From Opitutales bacterium (GTDB lineage Bacteria > Verrucomicrobiota > Verrucomicrobiia > Opitutales > UBA2987): DNA of 64,000 nucleotides. Each line of letters opens with the position of its first letter. Within the stretch, counting starts at the first letter, position 1. Location: NCBI GenBank assembly GCA_965226885.1, contig CBDDEL010000016.1, positions 1 through 64,000 of the forward strand, read 5' to 3'. Positions 24,207 through 35,692 of this stretch are shown here, one piece after another. The notes beneath the pieces are model-generated. The model worked only from the letters and a program-made list of their open reading frames with translations. It did not search any database and was not told the origin of the DNA. Made by a program: the position numbers and the translations under genes.

Positions 24207-25531
24207 TGACGTGTACTGGATTTGTTGGACACGGGATTCTCTTATATTCATTGTTTATTGATTAGTGTGTCAGGCGGCTTGTTTTGGTAAAGGGTTTTGT
24301 TTTCTCGTTGCCCCCCATGGGGGGCAAATATTTTCCTCGAATTGGACTGGGCTTTGGTAACTCAGAGAGGAATGTTTGCGATATCGGTTGTAGAAGATTT
24401 CCACGTATTCGAAGACAGTTGATCGCAGTTCGCGCTCGTCGGCAAAGTGGCGGCCTCGAATCGTGCTGGTCTTGAAGCGGCCGTAGAACGATTCCATGGC
24501 CGCGTTGTCGTAGCAGTTGCCTTGGGCGCTCATGCTCGGCTTCATGCCTAGTTCAGAGACCAGCCTCTGATAGTCGTCGCTGGCGTAGGGGCTGCCCCGA
24601 TCGCTGTGATGAATAATCCCGGTGCGCAGTGTGCCGCGGATCATGGCCGCGGCTTTGAGGGCCTTGCCAACCAGCTTCGCGTCGTTGTGGTTGGAAACGC
24701 TCCAGCCCAGCAGGCGTCGGCTGAACAGGTCCATCACCGTGGCCAAGTACATCCAACCGGCCAGGGTCCGTAGGTAGGTCGTGTCCGCCACCCAGACCTC
24801 GTCGATATGGGTCGGCTGGCCATGCTTTTTAAGCACATTGGGGCTGTAACCATAGGGATGGTTACTGTTGGTTTTTAATGGCTTAAAGCGTTTACTCTGG
24901 GTGCTTTTGATTCCCATTTCACGCATCAGACGCAGAGCCCGGTCACGGCCGCAATCGATGCCCTCATCATCCTTCAGATGGCGGTGCATTGGCCGATGCC
25001 CATAGCGGCCCTTGGCCTCTTTGTGTACCTTCAGGATCGCCCCCTTGATTCCCTCGTCCTCGATCCGCCGGGCCGAGGGCGCTCGGTGCCTCCAGCAGTA
25101 ATAGCCACTGCGACAAATCCCCATCGCCGAGCATATTTCCTCGATCTTGAAGCGCCCCTCGTTGTCTTTGACAAACTGGTACTTCATTGTTCGTCCTTGG
25201 CAAAGTAGCCCACCGTTTTTTTTAGTATCTGGTTGATCCGCTCCGAGCGGCGCAGCTCTTTGCGAAGACGATCTATCTCGGCCGCCATCTCCTTCGGACT
25301 GCTCTGTCGCTTTGAGGTGGCTTCGCCCTGCTGATCGTCCAGATAGAGCCTCTTCCACCTATACAATTGGTTGGTGTTGACCCCAAGTTTGGTCGATACC
25401 TCTGTGGCGCTCAGACCATCGAGTATCATCAGTTGAACTGCCTCATTTTTGAACTCTATACTGCGTCTTCTTCCCATGCTTCGATTCTCCATTTAGGAGA
25501 ATCTCGTGTCCACTTTTTCCAGTGCACATCA
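24207..25531 (-). mobile_element. IS3 type A (1325 bp)
   Basis: Complete IRs. Flanks do not match. Confidence 0.95.
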
Positions 25532-27350
25532 TTCAGCAGGCAGACACCCATTCGCATAAGTGATTTTGGTCAGGCATTCGCACGTCCGGTGGTTCTCGGT
25601 CTTCTCTTTTTTGGCGTTCTTCATCTATCGCGTCTCCTAGCCCGGATATTTCATGAAGGGTAAAGTTTGGCTCGTTATTGCTATTGGAGATGGATTTCTT
25701 TGTATTTTGAGCAGATCGTCTTGATTTTTAGGTGTTTTTCAGGGTGTAGAGACACTGCCCCCTTTCCCCCATTGGTTCGGTAGTGCCGGGGGCAGCACCA
25801 ATGCACCCTTTAGGTTGGCACCAATCGGCGGGCCGCATGGTTGAAAAGACTGGCCCAAGGATAACTCTCACTTAGGTGAAAGTGAATCGTTCGGGTGTTG
25901 CGCACGATGACCGCTCCGATCTTGATTAATTTGAGCCGCAGGGTGTGGCATTGGGCCCGCGCCCACTTCGTCCCTTTTAAGGCTAACCGGCGCATGGCTT
26001 CCATCAAGGTGTAGGCCAGCGCCGACAAGAGCAATCGCCACTGATTGGCCCACCATTGATGGGCGCTGGTGCGCTCGCTGAACAATTGCATCTGTTCCTT
26101 GATTCGGTTCTCCATTTCACCGCGGCCACAGTATACCTTGTCGTAAAGCTCCTGGGGATCGCCCGGCAGGTTCGTCACCACGAAGCGCGGGTTGGACCCC
26201 TGTGCGGTGTGTTCGGCTTTATGGATGACCAACCGCAGCCATCGCCACGAATCGGCAGCATAGACGAAGTCCTGGAATAACCGTTGTTTTTTACCCCTTA
26301 GTTCGAACCATTCTTTGGCCTGCTTTTGCAACTGCTGGGCGTCTTGCTGCAAGCGTGCATTGCGAGCCATCCCCACGATGTAACTAACTTCGTTGCGGTC
26401 GCACCAAGAGAGTATCCGGTCTCGACAAAATCCACTGTCGGCGCGCCAAATAATCCGCGTACGGGGCCAGCTTTGGCGAATCCGTTTAACCAGCAATTTG
26501 AGGATGGCCCCGGCATGCTTGCTGGCATCGATCTTGCTCGGCCGCAGGTAGGCCACCAGCAGCTGATCACCGCAAAAAACATATAGCGGCAGAAAACAGT
26601 AATGATCATAATAACCGTGGAAAAAACGTCCCTCCTGGAGCCCGTGCACCGGATTGTCGGTGGCGTCAAAGTCCAGGATGATCTCTTCGGGTTCCTCGGC
26701 AAAGGAGCCCATGAACTGTTCGACCAACAGCTCGTTTACCGCAAAGGCCGCCCGCCGATCCTGCCCGTTTTCAAAACGACACAAAGTCGGCGCGCTGGCC
26801 AACGTTTCAATGCGCCCCGTTACCGTTTGCAACAATGGATCGTGGCGCAGGGTATCAAAGTCGTTCAAATCCTCATAGCCCGCCACCAGCCCGTAAACGC
26901 GCTGCCGCAGCATCCCCACTCATGGCGTACTTTGCCCTTCTGCCGTTTGTCCACTAACTGTCGGGCCGCTCGTTCGGTCAAGCCCAACTGCCGATCCACT
27001 TCCCGGATCAAAAGCAGTCCGGCATCCGAAGTAACCTCTCCGCCCTTGAAATCAACCCGCACACGGCGGCCTTTTACCCTTGTCAACTGTAGCTTTAATT
27101 GTTTACCTTTTGTCATCGCTGATATTGCTTTAATTATTGATCTATCCTGCTGTATATCAGCAGTTAAGCATATCAACGATACTTTTTTTACGAAATATCC
27201 GGGCTAGTGGGGCAGTGGGCTCCAGCGGCGCTTTTGTTCGGAGGTTTGGCCTGTGGAGGATTACCCATAATTTTGCTTTTGATTTTTTGGACCAACCTCA
27301 GAGATGAAATCCTTTATTTTCCAAAATTGATCTTAAACCTGAGGAATTGA
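25532..27350 (+). pseudogene. C-terminal fragment of a polytopic membrane protein, probably a Wzx-like flippase, split by IS1380
   Basis: Hydrophobic frame ...HLSRLL|VGQWAPAALL... rejoins across the CTAG TSD. Lies directly upstream of the O-antigen ligase-like gene. Confidence 0.5.
25641..27203 (-). mobile_element. IS1380 (4-bp deletion frameshift near 26918)
   Basis: Both IRs present. CTAG TSD. Confidence 0.95.
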
Positions 27351-28313
27351 TTTGTACGACCTGCGGCTCAATCAAATTCTGATTATTCTTTGCTGTGCTC
27401 TGTTTGCCATTTTTATGGGAACATGGATCGTCGATGACAATTGGAAGCTGCCCCTGGTTATCTTACTAATTGGCGGTTACCTGCTTTTAACCAAAGCGAC
27501 GCAAGTTACTCCGGAAACTTATATTCTCAGTTTTCTTGTCTTTGGATACATAGTAGGCAATCGGGGTTTTGCCCAAATAACGCCTCTTGGGAACCTCCCT
27601 CTTTTCATCGGGGAAATTGGATTACTTATCGGAGCGGTTTTTATGGCGCTTCATATTTCTCTGAAAAAAGAATTTCCATTCCGACTGGATGCCTTGGGAA
27701 TCGCAATATTATTTTGGATAATCGTGGGAACTATTCGCGTAGTTTTCGATTACCCTAACTATGGAATATTGGCCCTAAGAGACTTCGCCATGGTGTATTA
27801 TGCAGCCTTTTTTTTCATCGCTCAATCAATGGCCAAGCATCTTTACTCTAGAAAAATATTCGAAACTTTTTTACAGGCAGCCCTTTTACTGCTCATTCCC
27901 GGATTTTTACTATTTAAAACATATCCAGAATTTTTTTATCAAACCCTTATATTCGATGGCACGCCGTTGATCATTTATAAGGGAGATTTAGCAGCCACTT
28001 TCTTCGGGATTGGATTTGTTTATTATTATTGCAAGTACGGTTCAACAAAAAAGTTGCTATTCTTGATACTCGCCTATTTGTATTTTTACCTAACAATATC
28101 TTTAACAATGAGGGCAGCGTGGGTTGGACTCGCTTTTTCTTGTAAACGCCGGGATGAAACCGGTACGGGGGTCGGGGTAAAACCGGTACGCTTGGAATAA
28201 GGTTTAGGTTAGTAATTGCAGGTACGTCAAGGTTTAGGGTTTGGGAGTTGGTTTTGGGGATTGGCTTGGGGTCGGTGAGGAGGCCGGAGGCCGACGAGCC
28301 GGGCCCAAGGCGT

Positions 28314-29081
28314 TTATTGTTTTGTGCCACGGCGACGGCGTCGAGCATCGCGCAAGCGGTAGCTTTGCCCGTTGGCTTCGAGGATATGCACCCGATGGGT
28401 GAGTCGGTCCAGCAGAGCTCCGGTGAGCCGTTCGGAACCGAGCACTTCGATCCAGTTCTCAAAGGGCAGGTTGGTGGTGACGATGAGACTGGTGCGCTCG
28501 TAAGCGCGGCTGACCACGTCGAAGAGCAGTTCGGAACCGGTCTTGGAAAAAGGGACGTAACCGAGTTCGTCGAGGATGAGTAGGTCGAGCCTTTCGAGTT
28601 GCTTCATGAAGCGCTGCAGGTCGTGGTTGTCGCGTTGCTCGAGCATATGGGTAACCAGGGCGGTGACCCCGAAGAAACGGATCCGCGGGCCCTGGGCACA
28701 GGCGGCAAAGCCCAGGGCGGTGGCCAGGTGCGTTTTACCGGTACCGGCGTTACCGAGGAGCAGCACGTTTTCGCGCTGGTCGACATACTCCCCGCGCATG
28801 AGCTCTCGGATGAGCGCTTCGTTGATCGAGGGCTGCGCTTCAAAGGCGAAGCTCTCGAGGGTCTTGAGCACGGGGAAACGGGCGTTTTTGATCCGCCGCT
28901 GGGCGGCCCGCTGTTCGCGTTCAATGAGCTCCCGTTCGACCAGATGCAACAAAAAGGCGGCGTAATCGAGCCGGTCCCGGGAACAAGCCGCGGCCACCGC
29001 CGGCCATTCGCGCAGGATGGTGGGCAACTTCAGTTTCTTGAGGTGATGGTGTAACAGCAGCTGGTTTTTTTCTTCCTTCAT
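28314..29081 (-). CDS. istB: IS21 helper ATPase IstB
   Basis: Walker A and B, TTNLPF, LLDRL. Confidence 0.93.
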   Translation of the reverse strand: MKEEKNQLLLHHHLKKLKLPTILREWPAVAAACSRDRLDYAAFLLHLVERELIEREQRAAQRRIKNARFPVLKTLESFAFEAQPSINEALIRELMRGEYVDQRENVLLLGNAGTGKTHLATALGFAACAQGPRIRFFGVTALVTHMLEQRDNHDLQRFMKQLERLDLLILDELGYVPFSKTGSELLFDVVSRAYERTSLIVTTNLPFENWIEVLGSERLTGALLDRLTHRVHILEANGQSYRLRDARRRRRGTKQ

Positions 29082-30583
29082 AAAGCCCCTCCTGGAATCT
29101 TGAGCAGTTCGCTGTAGGCACCGAGGTCAGGGGCGGCCACACGGACGTGACGCAGGTGTGGATGGCCGTCCAGCCGGAAGGTTCTGCTCCCGTAGTCTTC
29201 CTGAGGATAGAGATACTGGGCGATGGCCTCACGAGTCAGTCCCCCCACCCGCAGGGCCGAGACGACGGCCTGCTGCAAGGCCGCCATGGGGTGTTTCTCC
29301 AACAGCCGCAGCACCCGGATATACTCCCGGGTGCCTTCGCCCCCGCATTGGCTTTCGAGCCGGCGTCTGAGGACCTGCAGGCACTGCGGCAACTGCCAGC
29401 CCGAGAGTGGGCGGGCGAAGTCCAAAGCGCCCGGTTTTTTCTCCAGCAAAGCCAGGTAGTGCACCGGCTCGAAAGAGACTTGCTCTTTATCCCAAATGCG
29501 GCGGTGCCGGGCCACCTCTTGGCCCCCACAGAAGATCACCACCTGCCGACAGGACCCTTCCACCACCACCGGATGGTGGGCGCAGCGCACCGGCACCGAA
29601 TAGTCGTTGCACTCGAAGCGCACCAGCGAGAGGCTGCTGACGCAGGTCGAGCGTTTGCGGCTCGCTTCAAAGGGTATGGGCGGCAACGCCAGCATGACGG
29701 CGCGCTCCTCGGCCAGCAGTTCCTTTTTCACCGCCCTTTTCCCGCGTAATTTACGCTCCATGTCCCGCTCACATGCCTCCAACAGCTTTGCGTTGAGTTC
29801 CTCCAGGTCCCGAACCTGCGGTACCGGTACCAGGAAGTTGGCCCGGGCATAACGCACGATCCCCTCGACCACGCCCTTCTCGTTGGGCCGGGCGGGCAGA
29901 CAGAAGTGTTCCTCGAACAGGTAATGGCTCTGTAGCTGCAGAAACCCGTCGGTCAGCTTGCGTTCACGCGAACCGATAATCTTACCCACCGCCACCTTCG
30001 AGTTGTCATAGCTGATGCGCCGGGGCACCGCCCCGAAAAACTCAAAAGCTCGCAGGTGCCCCTCCCAGAAGCTCTCCGTGCACTCCCGTTCGAACACCTG
30101 CACGAAAAAGGCATCGCTGTAGGGCAGGCTCATGGCAAAAAATGGCCGCCTACGCAATTGCCCCGCCTCCTTCACCAGGGCATGACCGAAGTCCACCTGT
30201 CCCTCCCCGGGGCGGTGCTCCAGCGGCACGAACACTTCCCGCCGCCTCGCTCGCAGCTCGGCCACCACCTCCTTGACCGCCGTGTAGCCCCCTTGGTAGC
30301 CCTTCTCCCGACCCAAACGCTGGTAGATCCGTTTGGCCGTATGGCGCTGCTTCTTGGGCACGTTCCGGTCCGCTTTGAGCACCTCCTCGATCCAGCCCAC
30401 ATACGGATCGATCTTGCGCTCTCGCCTCTTCTTGCGCCGGTCTCCCGGCGGCTGGGAATAGGCCAGCATCTTTCCCAGGGTCTCCCAGTGCAGTCCCTCT
30501 TCTCGCATTACAGAGCGCTTGCTCTGCTTGTCCCGCAGCACTTTGTGCCGCACTCTTGTCCATTGCTTCATATCTCGATACAC
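29078..30583 (-). CDS. istA: IS21 transposase IstA
   Basis: 501 aa with QVDFG, YDN and KGVVE motifs. Confidence 0.92.
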   Translation of the reverse strand: MYRDMKQWTRVRHKVLRDKQSKRSVMREEGLHWETLGKMLAYSQPPGDRRKKRRERKIDPYVGWIEEVLKADRNVPKKQRHTAKRIYQRLGREKGYQGGYTAVKEVVAELRARRREVFVPLEHRPGEGQVDFGHALVKEAGQLRRRPFFAMSLPYSDAFFVQVFERECTESFWEGHLRAFEFFGAVPRRISYDNSKVAVGKIIGSRERKLTDGFLQLQSHYLFEEHFCLPARPNEKGVVEGIVRYARANFLVPVPQVRDLEELNAKLLEACERDMERKLRGKRAVKKELLAEERAVMLALPPIPFEASRKRSTCVSSLSLVRFECNDYSVPVRCAHHPVVVEGSCRQVVIFCGGQEVARHRRIWDKEQVSFEPVHYLALLEKKPGALDFARPLSGWQLPQCLQVLRRRLESQCGGEGTREYIRVLRLLEKHPMAALQQAVVSALRVGGLTREAIAQYLYPQEDYGSRTFRLDGHPHLRHVRVAAPDLGAYSELLKIPGGAL

Positions 30584-30927
30584 TCCTCCTTTCTAGGATA
30601 AGCGTACCGGTTTTAAAGCGCCCTCTTTACCGTACCGGTTTTTCCCCGGCGTTTACATTTTTCTCTATTACTACTATATCTTACGAAAAAATATAATGTA
30701 TTTAAGGATATTTTCATTTCCATTCTTATTCTAATCCATTCTTATTCTAATAATCCCCCTCGTAATATATTTAAGTTTTTTTACAGAAGATATCAGACAG
30801 ACTGGTCCGTACGCGGTTTATGAGCATATGTTATCATTGGTCGATATTTCGGGCACAGGTATTTATAAAAATAAAGATAGCATCGGATCCGGAGCCAATA
30901 ATCGCTTCCGAATTGTCTGGTGGAAAT

Positions 30928-32134
30928 TGATGTGCACTGGAAAAAGTGGACACGAGATTCTCCTAAATGGAGAATCGAAGCATGGGAAGAAGACGCTTTA
31001 GTATAGAGTTCAAAAATGAGGCAGTTCAACTGATGATACTCGATGGTCTGAGCGCCACCGAGGTATCGACCAAACTTGGGGTCAACACCAACCAATTGTA
31101 TAGGTGGAAGAGGCTCTATCTGGACGATCAGCAGGGCGAAGCGATCAGCAGGGCGAAGCCACCTCAAAGCGACAGAGCAGTCCGAAGGAGATGGCGGCCG
31201 AGATAGATCGTCTTCGCAAAGAGCTGCGCCGCTCGGAGCGGATCAACCAGATACTAAAAAAAACGGTGGGCTACTTTGCCAAGGACGAACAATGAAGTAC
31301 CAGTTTGTCAAAGACAACGAGGGGCGCTTCAAGATCGAGGAAATATGCTCGGCGATGGGGATTTGTCGCAGTGGCTATTACTGCTGGAGGCACCGAGCGC
31401 CCTCGGCCCGGCGGATCGAGGACGAGGGAATCAAAAGCACCCAGAGTAAACGCTTTAAGCCATTAGAAACCAACAGTAACCATCCCTATGGTTACAGCCC
31501 CAATGTGCTTAAAAAGCATGGCCAGCCGACCCATATCGACGAGGTCTGGGTGGCGGACACGACCTACCTACAGACCCTGGCCGGTTGGATGTACTTGGCC
31601 ACGGTGATGGACCTGTTCAGCCGACGCCTGCTGGGCTGGAGCGTTTCCAACCACAACGACGCGAAGCTGGTTGGCAAGGCCCTCAAAGCCGCGGCCATGA
31701 CCCGCGGCACACTGCGCACCGGGATTATTCATCACAGCGATCGGGGCAGCCCCTACGCCAGCGACGACTATCAGAGGCTGGTCTCTGAACTAGGCATGAA
31801 GCCGAGCATGAGCGCCCAAGGCAACTGCTACGACAACGCGGCCATGGAATCGTTCTACGGCCGCTTCAAGACCAGCACGATTCGAGGCCGCCACTTTGCC
31901 GACGAGCGCGAACTGCGATCAACTGTCTTCGAATACGTGGAAATCTTCTACAACCGATATCGCAAACATTCCTCTCTGAGTTACCAAAGCCCAGTCCAAT
32001 TCGAGGAGAATATTTGCCCCCCATGGGGGGCAACGAGAAAACAAAACCCTTTACCAAAACAAGCCGCCTGACACACTAATCAATAAACAATGAATATAAG
32101 AGAATCCCGTGTCCAACAAATCCAGTACACGTCA
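30928..32134 (+). mobile_element. IS3 type A, defective (17-bp duplication; 138-bp deletion)
   Basis: The deletion lies between GGGAATCAA direct repeats in orfB. Confidence 0.92.
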
Positions 32135-32496
32135 TGCGGGATTTTGAGTTGCCGGGCATAAATGGGGGCAAGCTGCCCGCCACGGTCCTGAAAATTGAAA
32201 AAGTGCCCCTTTCCACGAAAGCGGAGGGCAACACCGAAGCGATCCCGGGCTTGTTCGCCTACTGGTTCGTGAGTGGCGACTCCATCATGGCATCCACCTG
32301 GGAGCGTCACATTAAATTGGCCAAGGACCGTCTTTTTGGTTTTAAAACTCACCGCTGGGCTTATGTGTTTGCGCAGACTACGACGGAGGATGGCGAAGAG
32401 GCCGGTCTGGCCAGATTGCAAGAGGTGATTGCTCTGACGGTTCCGGAATTTCCAATTGTCGGTTTTGAAGATGGAAAGGCGAATCCCGACGATTAA
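32135..32496 (+). pseudogene. C-terminal fragment of an exosortase-associated EpsI-like domain
   Basis: LFAYWFV...DRL...HRWAYV pattern. Begins at the IS3 end. Confidence 0.72.
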
Positions 32497-32606
32497 TTAA
32501 TGAGAAACATTTCTACCATCTGCCGCATATAAAATGGTTTGCCCCGGCCGGGCAACCGAGGTATTAAATTGAGCCCTTTTTACAATTCCATCAGTTTGAA
32601 GTCGTA

Positions 32607-33326
32607 ATGAGAATTTTATCCGTATTCCTGTTTTTATTCGTTATTTTTGAATCCCCTATTGCCGCTGCTTCTCTTTTAAAAAAAAAGGATGCGGCTGAAA
32701 AAGAGGCCAAACAAGATGCTCGCCTGGAAAAGCGAATGGAAAAAATCAGCGATTATTTTGAACAGGTCATGGATAGCCCGGAATCGAGAATACCGGCCGG
32801 CCTTTTACGCAAAGCCAATGGCATCATCATCATGCGCCAATTCAAGGCCGGCCTCGGCATTGGGGTCAAGGGGGGCGGTGGGATCGCCATGGCACGAAAC
32901 GGCAAGACCGGCCAGTGGAGCGCCCCGGCCTTCCTCAAAGCCGGGGAGGCCAGCATCGGTCTGCAAATAGGCGGCCAGGTGCTCGATTCGGTTTTTTTAC
33001 TTATGAATGAAGAAGGGATGAGTATTCTTTCCCAAACCCAGTTCCGCATCGGGGTGGACGCGGCGGCCACGGCGGGTCCGCACGGGGTTGAGGCGGAGGC
33101 CAAGTATTCCGGCGATGTGCCTATCCTTGTTTATTCCGATATCGGCGGTCTTTATGCGGGAGCTTCATTCGAAGGCGGTTTTCTACTCCCGGATAACAAA
33201 GCCAATGCCGCCTATTATAATGATGAGGCTATCCTCATGGGAGAAATTCTTTTTAAAAACAAAGTGAAAAAAACGGCTGAAGCTAATGAATTGATCGAGC
33301 TGATCGAGCGGCGCAGTGAAAAATAA
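32607..33326 (+). CDS. Lipid-binding SYLF (Ysc84) domain protein with signal peptide
   Basis: IP..LL..A.GI, KAGLGIG..GGG, WSAPAF, SIGLQIG, GLYAGASFEG. Confidence 0.9.
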   Translation: MRILSVFLFLFVIFESPIAAASLLKKKDAAEKEAKQDARLEKRMEKISDYFEQVMDSPESRIPAGLLRKANGIIIMRQFKAGLGIGVKGGGGIAMARNGKTGQWSAPAFLKAGEASIGLQIGGQVLDSVFLLMNEEGMSILSQTQFRIGVDAAATAGPHGVEAEAKYSGDVPILVYSDIGGLYAGASFEGGFLLPDNKANAAYYNDEAILMGEILFKNKVKKTAEANELIELIERRSEK

Positions 33327-33361
33327 GCGATTGGGATTGGGTTAAAATAATAAACTCACGC

Positions 33362-33832
33362 ATGATTGAAACGAATTACGAAGGGCTCAATGCTGGCCAA
33401 AAAGAGTTGCTGGACGAGGCGGCCAGAGTCATGGAGACCGCTTATAACCCCTACTCCGGGTTTTTTGTGGGAGCGGCCCTGCGATTGGCGGACGGAAAGA
33501 TTATTAGCGGTTCCAATGTGGAAAACGCCGCTCATGGGTCCATTTGTGCGGAACGGTCGGCCATAGTCCGTGCCAATGCCAAAGGGTGCCGCCATTTTAC
33601 GGCTTTTGCGGTCATTGCCCGGGGAAGCGATTTTGACACGTCCGCGGTTACGGCTCCATGTGGAGCATGCCGGCAAATGCTTTATGAATTCGCTCAATTG
33701 GCTAGCGAAAACATGGAGGCGATCCTTTCCACGACGAAAAAGGACAAAATAATCCTCACCAATATCGAGGAATTGGTTCCACTCGGCTTCGGCCCGCGCG
33801 ACCTCGGCATCGACCTGGAAAAATTTCGCTAA
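33362..33832 (+). CDS. cdd: Cytidine deaminase
   Basis: AYNPYSGF.VGAA, GSNVENA, ICAER, PCGACRQ. Confidence 0.93.
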   Translation: MIETNYEGLNAGQKELLDEAARVMETAYNPYSGFFVGAALRLADGKIISGSNVENAAHGSICAERSAIVRANAKGCRHFTAFAVIARGSDFDTSAVTAPCGACRQMLYEFAQLASENMEAILSTTKKDKIILTNIEELVPLGFGPRDLGIDLEKFR

Positions 33833-33837
33833 CCTAA

Positions 33838-35028
33838 TTAATAAACGAGGATTTCTTCGTTATCGAAATCCGCTTCTCTGGAAGCAGCCCCTTGGCCGGG
33901 TTTCAATGGGTAACGGTAGGTCTTGCCCTGGTAATTCCGCAGGATGATTTCCGTATCGGTGATTTTCTGAACGAATTCGGGATTGAGGGGAATTTTTCCA
34001 CCGCCGCCGGGAGCGTCGATGACTAGTTGAGGCAGTGCATAGCCGGTGGTGTGGCCGCGCAATCCCTGGATGATCTCAATGCCTTTGCTCACCGCTGTGC
34101 GAAGGTGGGCGCTCCCGGTTATGAGATCGCATTGATAGAGGTAATAAGGCTTCACCCGCATCAAAAGGAGCCGGTGCAGGAGCGAGCGCATCGTTTCCAC
34201 GTCGTCGTTAACGCCGCGCAGGAGCACAGACTGATTGCCCAAGGGAACTCCCGCAAAAGACAAGCTCTCACAGGCTTCCTTCAATTCCAGGGTGCATTCC
34301 TTGGGATGGTTGACGTGGATACTCATCCAGACAGGGCCATGTTTGCGAAAAATTTCGCATAATTGCGGAGTGATCCGTTGGGGCAGAAAAATCGGTATTC
34401 TGGAACCGATGCGGATAAATTCCACATGGGAAATAGCCCGCAGGCGTCCCAACAGATGGTCGATCTTGCGGTCGGAGAGCAGCAGGGGGTCGCCCCCGCT
34501 GATGAGGACGTCGCGGATTTCGGGGTGCTCCTCAATGTATTTGAGGCCGCTCTCGAACTCGGGATGAAAATTGTAATCCTGGGCATTGGAAACCAGGCGG
34601 CTGCGGGTGCAATAGCGGCAATAGGCGGCGCACCGGTCGGTCACCAGAAAGAGCACGCGATCGGGATAACGATGAACGAGGCCCTCCACCGGCATTGATC
34701 CCTCCTCACCCACAGGGTCGAGAAGCTCCTCCGGTGAAGTTGTGAGTTCCTCCCCTCTTGGTATTACCTGACGTCGAATGGGGCAATCGGGATCGTTGCC
34801 ATCAATAAGATTGAAGAAATACGGAGTTATTGCCAAAGCCAGTTTCTGATTGGCAAAGCGGCAGCCAGCGATTTCCTCGGGCGTTAAATCGATGAATTTT
34901 TCCAGTTGGCTAGCGCTGGTGATCCGGTTTTTCAACTGCCACCTCCAGTCGTTCCACTGTTCGGCCGGGGTATCGGCCCAAAGCCCCTGGCCTCGATGCC
35001 AATTTGAAATCTGATCTTGAGGATACAT
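33838..35028 (-). CDS. kamA: KamA-family radical SAM enzyme (lysine 2,3-aminomutase-like)
   Basis: LVHRYPDR, CAAYCRYCTR, SGGDPL, NQSVLLRGVND, DAPGGGGK. Confidence 0.88.
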   Translation of the reverse strand: MYPQDQISNWHRGQGLWADTPAEQWNDWRWQLKNRITSASQLEKFIDLTPEEIAGCRFANQKLALAITPYFFNLIDGNDPDCPIRRQVIPRGEELTTSPEELLDPVGEEGSMPVEGLVHRYPDRVLFLVTDRCAAYCRYCTRSRLVSNAQDYNFHPEFESGLKYIEEHPEIRDVLISGGDPLLLSDRKIDHLLGRLRAISHVEFIRIGSRIPIFLPQRITPQLCEIFRKHGPVWMSIHVNHPKECTLELKEACESLSFAGVPLGNQSVLLRGVNDDVETMRSLLHRLLLMRVKPYYLYQCDLITGSAHLRTAVSKGIEIIQGLRGHTTGYALPQLVIDAPGGGGKIPLNPEFVQKITDTEIILRNYQGKTYRYPLKPGQGAASREADFDNEEILVY

Positions 35029-35093
35029 AAATCGGGAAACGAAAAGAGCCCGCAGGCGCTCTCAATCCTTGAAATTAATAAACAACCTAAAGA

Positions 35094-35190
35094 ATTGACA
35101 TATATAAAATTGTCAATACGTTTTTATGAAATAATAATCAATCAAAATAAGGTCAAAAGATTGACCCGATTCCATCTCGATTGTTATATT
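35094..35190. promoter_or_regulatory. Divergent kamA/arsR promoter region
   Basis: ATTGACA-N10-TGTCAAT palindrome at 35094-35117. TTGACC-N18-TATATT with TG extension at 35161-35190. Confidence 0.55.
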
Positions 35191-35211
35191 TCAATTAAAC
35201 CGAAAAATAAA

Positions 35212-35574
35212 ATGGCGGCAACGGATGAAGAACTGGCCAAGCAGCTTTGGGCGCTGGGGGATATCGCGCGCCTGAACATCCTGCGTCTGCTACCCCGCGC
35301 GACCAATTGCGAGCACGGCAACAATGTCTCCCAACTGGCGGAAAAGCTGGGTATGACCCAACCGACTGTTTCCCATCACCTGCGGGTTTTGCGCCAGGCC
35401 GGCTTGGTCGATAACAAGAAAATGTGCCGTGACGTGTTTTACTGGGTCGATCCCGAACAGGCCGAAATAGTCCTCACCCACCTGGCCTCGGTTTTCCAAA
35501 TCAGGGAAAGCGGTGGCAGCCAAGACCGGGCCGAGCCCCAACTATCCCAAAGCAAACCTGAGATTCGGTCTTAA
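35212..35574 (+). CDS. ArsR/SmtB family transcriptional regulator
   Basis: ALGD..RL.IL, VSQLAE.L.MTQPTVSHHLRVLRQAGLV. ATG 35212 preferred as start. Confidence 0.9.
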   Translation: MAATDEELAKQLWALGDIARLNILRLLPRATNCEHGNNVSQLAEKLGMTQPTVSHHLRVLRQAGLVDNKKMCRDVFYWVDPEQAEIVLTHLASVFQIRESGGSQDRAEPQLSQSKPEIRS

Positions 35575-35652
35575 GCTGCGGCAAAAATACGCTCGCAGTA
35601 AACAAAAACGGTCCCCTGAGGCCCTTTCTTTATTTTTTTTAAATAAAAATCC

Positions 35653-35684
35653 TTGACCCTGTTGTAGGGTACGGGGGTTAAACT
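35653..35684 (+). promoter_or_regulatory. MerR-type long-spacer promoter/operator
   Basis: TTGACC, a 19-20 bp spacer with an imperfect dyad (CCCTGT...ACGGGG), then TAAACT. Confidence 0.72.
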
Positions 35685-35692
35685 TTGAGAAA

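Larger units (their letters stand above)
28141..30657 (-). mobile_element. IS21-family element, intact
   Basis: 7-bp TSD TTTTTCT. istA and istB overlap by 4 bp. Confidence 0.96.
27352..30927 (+). pseudogene. O-antigen ligase / Wzy-like polymerase split by IS21 and truncated by IS3
   Basis: Multi-TM protein with GNRGFAQ, ALRDFAMVYY, RAAWVG. Continues after IS21 to NNRFRIVWW. 16-bp duplication at 30719-30750. Confidence 0.78.

Noticed and set aside
33291..33309. TGATCGAGC x2 in the SYLF gene as another duplication event
   Set aside because: 9 bp, in frame (LIE-LIE) in an amphipathic helix. Cannot be distinguished from native sequence.
35017..35211. N-terminal extensions of arsR (and of 36061 and 48528 ORFs)
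   Set aside because: They overlap promoters or upstream genes. Downstream starts at 35212, 36100 and 48561 fit the domain boundaries better.
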